DNA from: an uncultured Lentisphaeraceae bacterium | GTDB lineage: Bacteria; Verrucomicrobiota; Kiritimatiellia; RFP12; DVOR01 | Reading direction: 5' to 3' | Assembly (NCBI GenBank): GCA_949289005.1 | Contig: CASEMQ010000053.1 | Span: forward strand, 7,715-71,714 | Length of the DNA: 64,000 nt | In this document: positions 47,631 through 58,300 of the stretch, one piece after another | How the letters are laid out: the number at the start of each line of letters is the position of its first letter | How positions within the stretch are numbered: the stretch's first letter is position 1 | Made by a program: the position numbers and the translations under genes | The notes under the pieces: generated by a model | Database searches by the model: none | Told to the model about the DNA's origin: nothing | What the model saw: only the letters and a program-made list of their open reading frames with translations

Positions 47631-49170
47631 ATGTACGGCGGGGTGTTACTCCGTTTCAACGGGGAGAACGGGGCGACCACGGTGCGTTACGTCCAGCAAA
47701 TCAAAGGCGACGAGGCTATGGAAAAGCGCGGCCTGTTCGAGCCGGGGAGGGTCTTCGTGCAGAAGCGGTGGCGGAAAATACGAGGAGGCGAAAAAGGCGG
47801 ATGGGCAGAACGAGAGCAAATCGCACACCGAAGCCGTGGTGAAGGCGCGAGCGAAACAAGTTCTCGGGAAGGAGTTTAAATATCTTTTCGAGGTCTATCA
47901 CGGCACGCCGCACGCGGGGTGGACGCGTTGGGAGCGTGGGTACGGCGGGACGACGGGGCTGGGCTATGCGTATTTCGCGCCGCGCGTGATTACGGCGGCG
48001 GAATATGCCGATACGTATGGCACGCCGAACAATGGGCTGGCGGACATCAGCGACATGCAAAGGTTCGGCATCTCGGAGGCGGTTTACCACATGGTGGTGG
48101 GGATGAACAATCCGCTTATTGTCGATTGCCGCAGGGCGAGCTGGAACAATATCCGGGTGAAGAACAGGCGGACGGTTCGCACGGACGAAATCCTGAACGT
48201 GCTGAGGTTTGGCGAACTGGGTTACGATGGGGTGATTTTCCTGAACGTGCACGACAGCCCGCTGAACACGAAGGTGCATGGTTATGATGTTGATGTGGTG
48301 CCGCTCGGGCCGGTTGGGAAGAATGGGAAGAACGGCGACGTGTCCCGACAGATGAAGTCGCTGGACGGCGTGACGGTGAGCGACGTGAACGTGCCGGAGT
48401 TCTTCGGCGCGATTGACATCCTCGACCGTTTCGACGTGCGCAACCCGGACGTCCGCTGGAGCACGGAAGACGCGGGTGCGCCGCGTTTTTCGGAGACGCG
48501 GGAGGGGAAGCGGATTGTGGCGGCGTTGGTGGACAACCTGATTGCGCACCAGGCGGACTTGGCGTTCGGGAACGAGGCGGTGGCGGAGCGTCTGGCGCAG
48601 AAGGGGAACGCGGGCGTGGGGAAGTGGAACAAGGTGACGCGGGCCTCGGAGAACGGGGCGGTGTTGCCAGGGAGCGCGGAGGAGCTGGCGCGGGAGGAGG
48701 CGTTCAGGGCGTGGCAGTTCGGGCGGCCGGGGGGCGAAGACCTGAAGGGCTTGGTGCGTGCGTGCGGTGGGGCGGCAAACTGGCTGGACGTGGTGGGGAC
48801 GGCGTACGAGGTGCTGTCGGCGATACGTTCGGGGAACCTGCTCGGTGGGCTGAACAAGACGGTGGCGGAGCGTTTCGGGAAGAACGAGAAGGAGGCGGTG
48901 GGGTGGTACGTGCAGAGGATTGTGTCTGCGCGTGCGACGGACTACGGACAGAAGTGCTACCTGATGGGGCGGAAGTTCGCGATGGACCTGATGAAGGAGG
49001 CGAACAGAAGCGCGGCGGCGTCGTTGCGGCGTGAGTACGAGGGGAAACTCTCGGAGGAGCGCGGGAAGACGCGGAAGGCGAAGGAGCGTGCGCGTGGGCT
49101 TGAGCGGACGGCGGAGCGGCGCAAGGCGAACCTTCGCGCGGCGGAAGCGAAGATCGATTTTATCAAAGCT
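47631..49170 (+). pseudogene. Second polyvalent-protein fragment with ART-PolyVal-like domain (ends approximate)
   Basis: EVYHGT...YAYFAP...AAEYA...MNNPLIVDC..ASWNNI...GYDGVIFLNVHD...QMKSLD...RFDVRNPDVRWS parallels the ART domain at ~11780-12350. There is a frameshift near 47775 and no credible start. Confidence 0.7.
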
Positions 49171-49197
49171 GAAGCGGATTTGCTATACTCCGAGGCC

Positions 49198-49590
49198 ATG
49201 AGAAAGATTTTTAGGAGCGGTTTGGCGTTGCTGTTGGCGGCGTTCGCGGGGGGCGGGTGCATTTGGAACCGTGCCAAGGTGAACGACGCGGGGGTGGCGG
49301 CTCGCGCGGCGGCCATCGTGCCGGGCGAGACGCGCGTGGAGGCGTTGCCTGCGTTGATGGGGTGTGAGCCGAGCGCCATCGTCCCGTTGCGCGATGGGCG
49401 CGTGGTCCACGTCTTTGGCTATGGCGATGCCAAGACCGAGGGGTTCACGCTCCTGCTGGTCACTTTCACCAAGACGAACTCCGCGTTTTCGGCGGTCTAT
49501 GTCTTTGCCGACGCGGAGGGGGTGGTTCGCCGCGTTTCCGCCGCGCCGGCGCCGGGGGTGGCGTGGGAGACGTGGCCTTTCGGGGAATGA
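49198..49590 (+). CDS. Lipoprotein, SmpA/BamE-like fold (1 of 3)
   Basis: MRKIFRSGLALLLAAFAGGGC lipoprotein signal; IVPGETR...MGCEP...VFADAEGVV; its own TGCTATACT -10 at 49181. Confidence 0.7.
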   Translation: MRKIFRSGLALLLAAFAGGGCIWNRAKVNDAGVAARAAAIVPGETRVEALPALMGCEPSAIVPLRDGRVVHVFGYGDAKTEGFTLLLVTFTKTNSAFSAVYVFADAEGVVRRVSAAPAPGVAWETWPFGE

Positions 49591-50024
49591 CCATGCGCCG
49601 CCCCCGCCCGCCGTTTGCCCTTGCCCTGCCGGCGCTCCTGCTCGCGCTCGGCGCGGGATGCACCGTCTCGCGCGTCCGCGTCAATCCGCACCTGGCGGGG
49701 CTCGACGCCACGTGGATCGCGCCGGGGCGCACCACGCGCGCCGAGGTCATCGAACGCCTGGGCATGCCCCCGCCCGTCGGCCGGGTCGAAAACGCCCCCG
49801 CCTATGTCTCCGACGACACGCTCCGCTGGCTCGCCACCGACACCCGGATCTGGGAACTCCGGGTCGGCTACATCGTCACGCCCATCTTCCGCCACGCGCG
49901 CACGGTGGCCGCGGACGATTTGCTCGTGCGCTTCGACGCGCGCGGGGTGGTCCGCGGGCTCTCGCGCGTCCGCCGGCGGGGCGGCCGCGTGGAGGTGCTC
50001 GACTTCCGGGGGGCGCTGCCATGA
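49587..50024 (+). CDS. Lipoprotein, SmpA/BamE-like fold (2 of 3)
   Basis: LALGAGC lipobox; IAPGRTTRAEVIERLGMP...LVRFDARGVV; ATGA overlap with the previous gene. Confidence 0.72.
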   Translation: MTMRRPRPPFALALPALLLALGAGCTVSRVRVNPHLAGLDATWIAPGRTTRAEVIERLGMPPPVGRVENAPAYVSDDTLRWLATDTRIWELRVGYIVTPIFRHARTVAADDLLVRFDARGVVRGLSRVRRRGGRVEVLDFRGALP

Positions 50025-50425
50025 GCCGGGTCGCGGGCGTGTGGCGGCCGTGCGCGCTTGGCGCGGCGTTGCTCTGGCTTTGCGCCGGGTGCATTTCCGA
50101 GCGCGCGTGGTTTGCCGCCGCGCCGGATGCCGCCGTGCCGCCGCCCGGCGCCACCTTCCGTGAGGCCGTCGCCCGCCTGGGCAATCCCGACGCGACGCGC
50201 CCGTTGCCGGGCGGCGGGTTCGAGGCCGTCTGGGTCGGTGTCGCCACCCGGGGCGGTGCGTTCCAGGCGGCGTTCTGGGGCGTGCGGCTTCTGCGTGTGG
50301 GGCGCGTCCGCACGCGCACCGAGGGGCGGCGCCTGCGTTTCGACGGGACGGGGCGCCTGGTGGCGTCCCGTCCCGTGGGCGAAGGCGCGCCGCCTTGGGG
50401 CATTGTCCCCTTCGGCAAAGAATGA
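50021..50425 (+). CDS. Lipoprotein, SmpA/BamE-like fold (3 of 3)
   Basis: LCAGC lipobox; PGATFREAVARLGNPD...W...LRFDGTGRLV; ATGA overlap. Confidence 0.68.
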   Translation: MSRVAGVWRPCALGAALLWLCAGCISERAWFAAAPDAAVPPPGATFREAVARLGNPDATRPLPGGGFEAVWVGVATRGGAFQAAFWGVRLLRVGRVRTRTEGRRLRFDGTGRLVASRPVGEGAPPWGIVPFGKE

Positions 50426-50533
50426 ACCGCGTTTTTAACCAAAGTCTCGCCAAAGGGATTTGCGCATTGGCGCGGGGTTTTGCTAGAATGGCCTGACTTT
50501 TTACACCCAATGGCTTTCAAGGAGTAAGCACCC

Positions 50534-52639
50534 ATGGCACGGAAAATCCCCCTGGACCACATGCGCAACATCGGCATCATGGCCCACATCGACGCCGGCA
50601 AGACGACGACGTCGGAGCGTATCCTCTATTATTCCGGCAAGAACCACAAGATCGGCGAGGTGCACGACGGTGGCGCCACGATGGACTGGATGGTGCAGGA
50701 GCAGGAGCGCGGCATCACCATCACCTCCGCCGCCACCGCGGTGATGTGGGGCGACTACATGATTTCGTTGATCGACACCCCCGGCCACGTGGACTTCACG
50801 GCCGAGGTGGAGCGCTCGTTGCGCGTGCTCGATGGCGCGGTCGCCGTCTTCTGCGCGGTGGGCGGCGTCCAGCCCCAGTCGGAGCAAGTCTGGCGCCAGT
50901 CCGAGAAGTACAAGGTGCCGAAGCTGATTTTCGTGAACAAGATGGATCGCATCGGCGCGAACTTCTTCTCGGTGATGGAGCAAGTGAAGAACCAGCTTGC
51001 CGCCCGCCCCGTGCCGATGGTCTGCCCCTACGGCGCCGGCGAGACCTTCGAGGGCGTGGTCGACCTGCTCGAGGAGCGCCTCGTCACCTACGACAAGGCC
51101 TCCCAGGGCATGAAGCAGATCTACTCCGAGATCCCCGCCGAGCTCAAGGAAAAGTGCGAGGAGATGCGCCACGAGATGATCGAGGCCGCCGCCGAGCAGG
51201 ACGAGGAACTGATGAACAAGTACTTCGAGGAGGGCACCCTCTCCAAGGAGGAAATCATCCGCGGCATCCGCAAGGGTTGCATCAGCCGCTCCATCATGCC
51301 CGCCTTCTGCGGCACCGCCTTCAAGAACAAAGGCATCCAAATCCTCCTCGACGCGGTGGTGAGCTACCTCCCCAGCCCGCTCGACATCCCGCCGGTGACC
51401 GACGAGGCCGACCCCTCCATCGTGCGCCGCGCCGACGACAACGAGCCGCTCTCGGCCCTCGCCTTCAAGATCATGGCCGACAAGAACATGGGCAAGATCA
51501 TCTTCACCCGTGTCTACTCCGGCACGCTCAAGGCCGGCGAGGAAATCCTCGACAGCACCATCAACAAGAAGGCGCGCATCTCCCGCCTCTTCCGTATGCA
51601 CGCCAACCACCAGGAGAAGCTCGAGGAAGCCTACGCCGGCGACATCGTCGCCGTCATCGGCCTCCCCAACACCCGCACCGGCGACACGCTCTGCGACCCC
51701 GAGCACCCCATCCACCTGGAATCCATCGACTTCCCGGCGCCCGTCATCTCGATTGCCGTGAAGCCCGTCTCCCGCGGCGACAACGAAAAGCTTGGCAACG
51801 CCCTGCACACCTTGGCGCAGGAAGACCCCACCTTCACGGTGGCCTTCGACCAAGAGACCAGCGAGACCATCATCTCGGGCATGGGCGAGCTCCACCTCGA
51901 AATCATCGTCGACCGCCTGAAGCGCGAGTTCAACGTCGAGTGCGAGGTCGGCCGCCCCGAGGTCGCCTACCGCGAATCCATCGCCATCGAGGGCGAGGGC
52001 GAGTACAAGCACAAAAAGCAATCCGGCGGCCGCGGCCAGTATGGCCATGTCTGCATGAAGTTCGCCCCGCAGGAGCCCGGCAAGGAGTTCGAGTTCATCA
52101 ACGACATCAAGGGCGGCGTCATCCCCGGCGAGTACATCCCCGCCGTCGAGAAAGGCATCCGCGCGGCGATGGAATCCGGCCCGCTCGCCGGCTACCCCGT
52201 GCTCCCGCTCAAGGCCACGCTCTTCTACGGCTCCTACCACGACGTCGACTCCTCCGAGTTCGCCTTCCAGACGGCCGCGCGCCAGTGCTTCAAGGAGGTC
52301 TTCCTCAAGAGCCAGCCGCAGCTCCTCGAGCCCATCATGAAGGTCGAGGTCGTCGTCCCCGAGGACTACATGGGTGCGGCCACCGGCTCGCTTTCCCAGC
52401 GTCGCGGCCGTGTCGAGGGCATGGAGGAGCGCGGCGGCGCCCGCCTCGTCCACGCCTTTGTCCCGCTCGGCGAGATGTTCGGCTACTCCAACACCATCCG
52501 CACGCTCACCCAGGGCCGCGGCTCCTTCACCATGGTCTTCGACCACTACGAGCCCGTCCCCAAGAACCTGCAGGACGAGATTGTCGAGAAGCGCCGCAAG
52601 GCCGGCAAGGTTCACGGCTACTCCGAGGCCGACGAATAA
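50534..52639 (+). CDS. fusA: Elongation factor G
   Basis: [66 protein letters not shown]. Confidence 0.96.
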   Translation: MARKIPLDHMRNIGIMAHIDAGKTTTSERILYYSGKNHKIGEVHDGGATMDWMVQEQERGITITSAATAVMWGDYMISLIDTPGHVDFTAEVERSLRVLDGAVAVFCAVGGVQPQSEQVWRQSEKYKVPKLIFVNKMDRIGANFFSVMEQVKNQLAARPVPMVCPYGAGETFEGVVDLLEERLVTYDKASQGMKQIYSEIPAELKEKCEEMRHEMIEAAAEQDEELMNKYFEEGTLSKEEIIRGIRKGCISRSIMPAFCGTAFKNKGIQILLDAVVSYLPSPLDIPPVTDEADPSIVRRADDNEPLSALAFKIMADKNMGKIIFTRVYSGTLKAGEEILDSTINKKARISRLFRMHANHQEKLEEAYAGDIVAVIGLPNTRTGDTLCDPEHPIHLESIDFPAPVISIAVKPVSRGDNEKLGNALHTLAQEDPTFTVAFDQETSETIISGMGELHLEIIVDRLKREFNVECEVGRPEVAYRESIAIEGEGEYKHKKQSGGRGQYGHVCMKFAPQEPGKEFEFINDIKGGVIPGEYIPAVEKGIRAAMESGPLAGYPVLPLKATLFYGSYHDVDSSEFAFQTAARQCFKEVFLKSQPQLLEPIMKVEVVVPEDYMGAATGSLSQRRGRVEGMEERGGARLVHAFVPLGEMFGYSNTIRTLTQGRGSFTMVFDHYEPVPKNLQDEIVEKRRKAGKVHGYSEADE

Positions 52640-52661
52640 GCCTCGTCGCGGCCCGGTAAAG

Positions 52662-52701
52662 CAAAACGTGGTGGGCGCCGTTTGGCGCCCACCACGTTTT
52701 T
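52662..52701. terminator. Bidirectional terminator
   Basis: aaaacgtggtgggcgcc-gttt-ggcgcccaccacgtttt, a 17-bp stem between convergent genes. Confidence 0.8.
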
Positions 52702-52790
52702 GTTATGGTCGTTTGGGAATTGTGGTCGGTTCGCGAAGTGGTTACGCGCGAGTATGGTGCGCGGCAATGTCCGGAGGTGCTCGTTTCGGC

Positions 52791-54197
52791 TCACAGGCCT
52801 TTGTAAATGGCGCCGGGGGCGGGGGCGACGGGATTGGCGTACCCTTCCTCGCGGAGGATTTGGCACATCGCCGTGACCTTGTCTTCCTCGCCATGCACGG
52901 CGAAGGCGTGGCGGATGGTCTTCTTTTCGTTGACGGCGCGCACCCAGTCGCGCAGGGCCTTGCGGTCGGCGTGGGCGGAGAGTGCGTTGATGGTGTGGAC
53001 GCGAGCGCGGAGCTCGAAGGCGTCGCCGAGGATTTTGAGCGGGCTTTTGCAGTCCACGATACGGCGGCCGAGGGTGCCTTCGGCCTGGTAGCCCACGATG
53101 AGGATGATATTGCGGGGGTCGCCCACGCCGTTTTGCAGATGGTGGAGGATGCGGCCGCCCTCGCACATGCCGCTGGCCGCGATGATGATCATGGGGCCTT
53201 GGGCGTGGTTGAGCGCCTTGGATTCGTCGGCGGTGGCCAGGAAACGGAGACCGGGCATCTTGAAGAGCTCGATGCCGTGGCGGAGCAGTTCGCTGGCGGC
53301 CTCGCCGTAGCACGCGGTGTGCTTGGCGTAGATTTGCGTGGCCTTGAGGGAGAGGGGGGAATCCACGTAAATGGGAATCTGCGGGATTTTCTTCTGGCGG
53401 AGCAGGGCGTTGAGGTAGAAGAGGATTTGCTGGGTGCGCCCGACGCTGAAGGCCGGGACGATCAGCTTGGCGTGTTGCTGGACGATGTCGGCGATGTAGT
53501 CGCGCAGGCGCCCGGCCACGTTCGCGCGCGGCGGGTGCTCGCGGTCGGCATAGGTCGACTCCACCAGCAGGATGTCCGCGCCCGTGGGCGTTTCGGGCGG
53601 CGGGATGATGGGTTGCCCGGGCTGCCCCACGTCGCCCGAGAAAAGCAGGCGCCGATAGACGCCATTGGGCTGGCGGGCAACGAGGTCGACCAACGCCGAG
53701 CCCAGGATGTGCCCCGCGTTGTGGAAGACGGCCCCCACGCCGTTGCCCAGGTCGATGGCGCGCTTGTAGGGCACGCCCTGCATCAACGCCAACGTACCCT
53801 CCACATCCCGTTCGTCGTAGAGCGGCTCGAAAGGTTTGCGCCCCTCGGCGATGCGGCGGCGATTGACGATCTCCACGTCGTGCTGCGTGATGTAGGCGCA
53901 GTCGCGCAACATGGGGTCGCACAGGTCGCGCGTGGCCTCCGTGGTGTAAATGGGGCCGCGCCAACCCGCGCGGATGAGCGAGGGCAGGTTGCCGCTGTGG
54001 TCGATGTGCGCGTGCGACAACAAAACGCAATCCACCGTCTTCGGATCCACCATCAGGCGGCGGTTCCGATCGAACGCCTCCTTGCGATGCCCCTGATAGA
54101 GCCCGCAGTCCAGCAAAATCCTCAGCCCGTTCACGTCTACGATGTGCATCGAGCCCGTGGTGGTGCGCGCCGCGCCTTGAAACGTAATCGTATACAT
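52791..54197 (-). CDS. Metallo-beta-lactamase/beta-CASP fold RNase
   Basis: GAARTTTGS, LDCGLYQG, SHAHIDHSG, AGHILGS, FSGD, ESTY, PAFSVGRTQ, ASGMCEGGRILHHL, LSAHAD, VHGE. Confidence 0.92.
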   Translation of the reverse strand: MYTITFQGAARTTTGSMHIVDVNGLRILLDCGLYQGHRKEAFDRNRRLMVDPKTVDCVLLSHAHIDHSGNLPSLIRAGWRGPIYTTEATRDLCDPMLRDCAYITQHDVEIVNRRRIAEGRKPFEPLYDERDVEGTLALMQGVPYKRAIDLGNGVGAVFHNAGHILGSALVDLVARQPNGVYRRLLFSGDVGQPGQPIIPPPETPTGADILLVESTYADREHPPRANVAGRLRDYIADIVQQHAKLIVPAFSVGRTQQILFYLNALLRQKKIPQIPIYVDSPLSLKATQIYAKHTACYGEAASELLRHGIELFKMPGLRFLATADESKALNHAQGPMIIIAASGMCEGGRILHHLQNGVGDPRNIILIVGYQAEGTLGRRIVDCKSPLKILGDAFELRARVHTINALSAHADRKALRDWVRAVNEKKTIRHAFAVHGEEDKVTAMCQILREEGYANPVAPAPGAIYKGL

Positions 54198-54337
54198 CGC
54201 CAACCGCTCCTTTCGCCTTTATTTTCCCACAACCCCGCCCCCACCGTCAATCCCCCACCCCCGTGCGCCTGCGTTTCGGGCGCCCCCGTCGCCCAAACGG
54301 GGTGCCCTCGTAATGTGTCAATTGAAAAGTGTACCGA

Positions 54338-54385
54338 CCCTCTCTTTCCCTCGGGGCGGCATGCCGCCCCGAGGGAAAGAGAGGG
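54338..54385. repeat. Perfect 48-bp palindrome
   Basis: ccctctctttccctcggggcggca|tgccgccccgagggaaagagaggg has exactly complementary 24-nt arms. Confidence 0.85.
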
Positions 54386-54400
54386 GGAAGAGGTCAGGGG

Positions 54401-54985
54401 CGTTGCGTCATAAAGAACCTCCGGGGTTCTCTCGCACTGTTGGCGGAGGAGCGATGGCATTGAGGTGGGGTGGCGGCGATTGGGGAAGGAGGGCGTTGAG
54501 GCGTTGCCAGGGTGTCTGGGGCGCGGCGAATCTTGGCGATTTGACGGGTGCAGGGGATGGTGGGGTTATTGAGGAGGCTCCAGTGGTCGTAGAGTCGTGT
54601 GATGGTGGAGACGCTCATGCGGCGCAGTTCGTCGGCGATGGGGCCCGGGATCGGCGCTTTCGCCTCACTGTAGTCCCGAATGGCCGCGTCCATGACGGCG
54701 TGGAGATAACGCGGGAACATTTGGCCCATCGCCAACCAAAGGCGGACGAGGGTTTTCCTGGGTTCCGGCGAATAACTTGATGCGCGGCCGCGATGGGGGC
54801 GGTAGCGATAGGATCCGTTGAGTAGAGGGATGACGAACTTACTCGACAAGCCGCACATCGCCTCCGTCTCGTCTGTCCGTGCTTTGGCGTAGCGCCGTTT
54901 CATTCTGTCCATGCAGTCTTTCCTAAAAGCGTGCTCCAAGTCGCCTCCTTCGCTGCAATTCACTAGGAAACATCACGATTCAACG
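54401..54985 (-). mobile_element. Internally deleted IS (ISNCY-like transposase remnant) with both ends
   Basis: RRYAKAR...CGLSSKFVIPLL...RGRASSY...LVRLW...ELRRMSVSTITRL (N-terminus) is joined directly to YDHWSLLNN..IP...TPQR (C-terminus), with no DDE core. Imperfect terminal inverted repeats begin CGTTG at 54401 and 54985. Confidence 0.55.
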
Positions 54986-55034
54986 ATTTCGCGCTGACGT
55001 CAGTGCCGGAATGTGTTACACTATGCGCACTTTC

Positions 55035-55109
55035 GCCGATGTAGCTCAGTGGTAGAGCTACTGATTTGTAATCAGTGGGTCGTGGGTCCGAATCCCACCG
55101 TCGGCTCCA
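55035..55109 (+). tRNA. tRNA-Thr(TGT)
   Basis: GCCGATG/CGTCGGC acceptor stem, D arm GCTCAGTGGTAGAGC, anticodon arm ACTGA-TTTGTAA-TCAGT, T arm GTGGG-TCCGAAT-CCCAC, encoded CCA. Confidence 0.95.
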
Positions 55110-55114
55110 GATTT

Positions 55115-55149
55115 AAGCCCCGTAAGCTGAAAGGCTTACGGGGCTTCTT
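55115..55149 (+). terminator. Terminator hairpin after tRNA-Thr
   Basis: aagccccgtaagc-tgaaag-gcttacggggctt, a 13-bp stem. Confidence 0.75.
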
Positions 55150-55390
55150 AATTGGAAATGTGCGATGTTGGATGGCGGGGAAAGTGACGGAAAATGACGT
55201 ATCTTTACGTGTTTTTCAGTAACTTTTTGGCAACTGGCGAGACGGTGCGCGGAGGCTGCGCGAGTGTGGTGGAAAGTGTATGATGTGTTTGCGCACCTTA
55301 TGAGAATCTATCATGAAGCGAGAGAAGAAGCGTATCCCGCCCCCGGGAAGCCGGGGACGGGCTTTTGGCTGCCATATGGGCGCGGAGGGC

Positions 55391-58300
55391 TCAATAGACG
55401 ATGGAGGCGTGGTATTCCTGGATGGATTCCACGGCGCCATCGCCTTCCTTGCGGCGGGCGGCGATGCCTTTGACGGCCATCTCGGCGGCGGCGAGGGTCG
55501 TCATGTAGGGCACGCGGTATTTGAGGGCGGCCTTGCGGATGGAGGAGCCGTCGGCCAAGGCATCGCGGCGGGGACTGGGCGTGTTGAGCACCAGGCTCAC
55601 CTGCTTGTTGACGATGAGGTCAAGGACATTCGGTCGGCCCTTGCCGATTTTGGCGACGGATTCGCTCGGGACGCCGGCGGCATCAAGAAAGCGCTTGGTG
55701 CCGGGGGTGGCGTAGAGCGTAAAGCCGAGGTCGGCGAAGGCTTTGAGCGCCTGGGCGGATTCTTCGTTCTTGACGGAGAGGGAGGCCAGGACGGCGCCGT
55801 TTTCGGGCAAGGGGGCGTTGGCGGCCTCTTGGCTCTTGCAGAAGGCAAGCGCGGGGTCGCGCGCCAGGCCAAGCACTTCGCCGGTGGAGCGCATCTCGGG
55901 GCCGAGCACGGGGTCGACCTCGGGGAACTTGTCGAAGGGGCAGACGGCTTCCTTGGCACCGTAGTAGGGCAACTTGCCGTGGCGCAGCCCCAGCCGGGCC
56001 ATCGGCTGGCCGAGCATAAGGCGCGTGGCGGCGGCGGCCATCTGGATGGCGCAGACCTTGGAGACAAGCGGGACGGTGCGGGAGGCGCGGGGATTGGCCT
56101 CGAGCACGTAGACCTTGCCGTTCTCGATGGCGTACTGCATGTTCATGAGGCCGCAGACTTTGAGGGCTTTGGCGATTTTCTGCGTGTAGTCGCGGATGGT
56201 GGCCAAGCAACTCTCGGGGATATTGGCCGAGGGAATGATGCAGGCGGAGTCGCCGGAGTGGACGCCGGCCAGCTCCACGTGTTCCATCACGGCGGGGATG
56301 AAGACCGTCTCGCCGTCGCTCACCGCGTCGGCCTCGCATTCCAGCGCGTGCTGGAGGAAGCGGTCGAGAAGAAGCGGGCGGTCCTCGGTGACGCCGACGG
56401 CCTTGGCGACGTATTCGCGGAGCATGTGCTCGTCGTAAATCACCTCCATGCCGCGGCCGCCCAGCACAAAGGAGGGGCGGATCATCAGCGGATAACCGAT
56501 GGTATTGGCCACGGCGATGGCGTCGTCGATGTTGGCGGCCATGCCGCTCTCGGGCATCGGGATGCCGAGTTTGTCCATCATGTGGCGGAAAAGGTCGCGG
56601 TCTTCGGCCACGTCAATGCTGTCGATGGAGGTGCCGAGGATGCGGCAGCCGGCATCGGAGAGCTCGCGGGCGATGTTCAGCGGCGTCTGCCCGCCGAACT
56701 GCACGATGATGCCCTGCGGGTTTTCCTTGCGGTAAATCTGGAGGACGTCCTCGACGGTGACAGGCTCGAAGTAGAGGCGGTCGGAGGTGTCGTAGTCGGT
56801 GGAGACGGTCTCGGGGTTGCAGTTGACCATCACCGTCTCGTAGCCCATCTCGCGAAGCGTGAAGGCCGCGTGGCAGCAACAATAGTCGAACTCGATGCCT
56901 TGGCCGATGCGGTTGGGGCCGCCGCCCAGGATCATCACCTTCGTGGGGTTGTGGTCGAGTTTCAGCTCGTCGGGCGCGTTGTAGGTGGAGTAGTAATACT
57001 CGCGATCCTCCACGCCGCTCACCGGCACCGCGTGCCAGCCCTCGACGCACCCCAACGCCTCGCGACGCTCGCGGATGGCCTTCTCGCGAATGCCCAAAAT
57101 CTTGGCCAGGTAACGGTCGGCAAAGCCATCTTTCTTGGCCTGGATGAGCAAGTCGTCCGGCGGCATCGTGCCCTTGTGGGCCAAAATCTTCTCTTCCAGT
57201 TGCACCAGCTCGCGCATCTGTTGGACAAAGTAGGCCTTGACCGCGCACGCGTCGAAGATTTGCTCGTCGGTCGCGCCCTTGCGGAGCGCCTCGTACATCA
57301 GGAAGTGCGTCTCGCTGCTCGGCGTGCGCAGGCGCTCCAGGAGCTCCTTGAGCGAGAGTTTCTCGAAGCCCACCCAGCCCAAGCCGTAGCGTCCCTTCTC
57401 GAGGCCGCGGATGGCCTTTTGCAGGGCCTCCTTGTAGGTTTTGCCGATGCTCATCACCTCGCCCACAGCCTTCATCTGCGTGCCGAGTTTGTCCTCCACC
57501 GCGCGGAACTTCTCAAAGGCCCAACGCGCGAACTTCAGCACCACATAGTCGCCCGAGGGGGTGTACTTCTCCAGCGAGCCATCGCGCCAGTAGGGCAACT
57601 CGTCCAGCGTCATCCCCGCCGCCAGCTTGGCGGAAACCAGCGCGATGGGGAAGCCCGTCGCCTTCGAGGCCAACGCGGAAGAGCGCGAGGTGCGCGGGTT
57701 GATCTCGATGATCACCACGCGACCGGTCTTCGGGTCGTGCGCGAACTGCACGTTCGTGCCGCCGATCACGCCGATGGCCTCGACAATCTTGAAGGCCATC
57801 TTCGTCAGGCGGTCGATGAGCGGCTGCTCGATGGTCAGCATCGGCGCCGCGCAGAAGGAATCGCCCGTGTGCACGCCCACCGGGTCGATGTTCTCGATGG
57901 TGCAGACGCAGACCATCTGGTTCTTCGCGTCGCGCACCACCTCGATTTCCAGCTCCTCCCAGCCCTTGATGGATTCCTCCACCAGAATCTGGTGCGTCAT
58001 CGAGAGATCCAGCCCCTTGCGCGCGATGGCGTCCAGTTCCTCGATGTTGTAGGCGAAGCCTCCGCCCGCGCCACCCATCGTGTAGGCCGGGCGGATTACC
58101 ACGGGGTAGCCGATCTCCTCGATAATCTTCTCGGCCTCGGCCACGCTGTTGGCAATGCCCGAGCGCGGCGTCTCGATGCCCAGCTGCTGCATCGTGTGCT
58201 TGAAGACGTCGCGATCCTCGCCGCGCTCGATGGCGTCCAGGTTCACGCCGATGACCATCACGCCATACTTGTCGAGAATGCCCGCCTTGGCGAGCGCCGA

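Noticed and set aside
47836-49590. A genuine 584-aa ART-lipoprotein fusion gene
   Set aside because: An internal signal peptide with its own -10 box and a frameshifted, start-less upstream part favour an accidental in-frame junction. It is kept only as a finding to test.
54315-54336. TGTGTCAATTGAAAAGTGTACC as an IS21-like terminal repeat
   Set aside because: Single short match with no partner end or istAB genes; cannot be supported.
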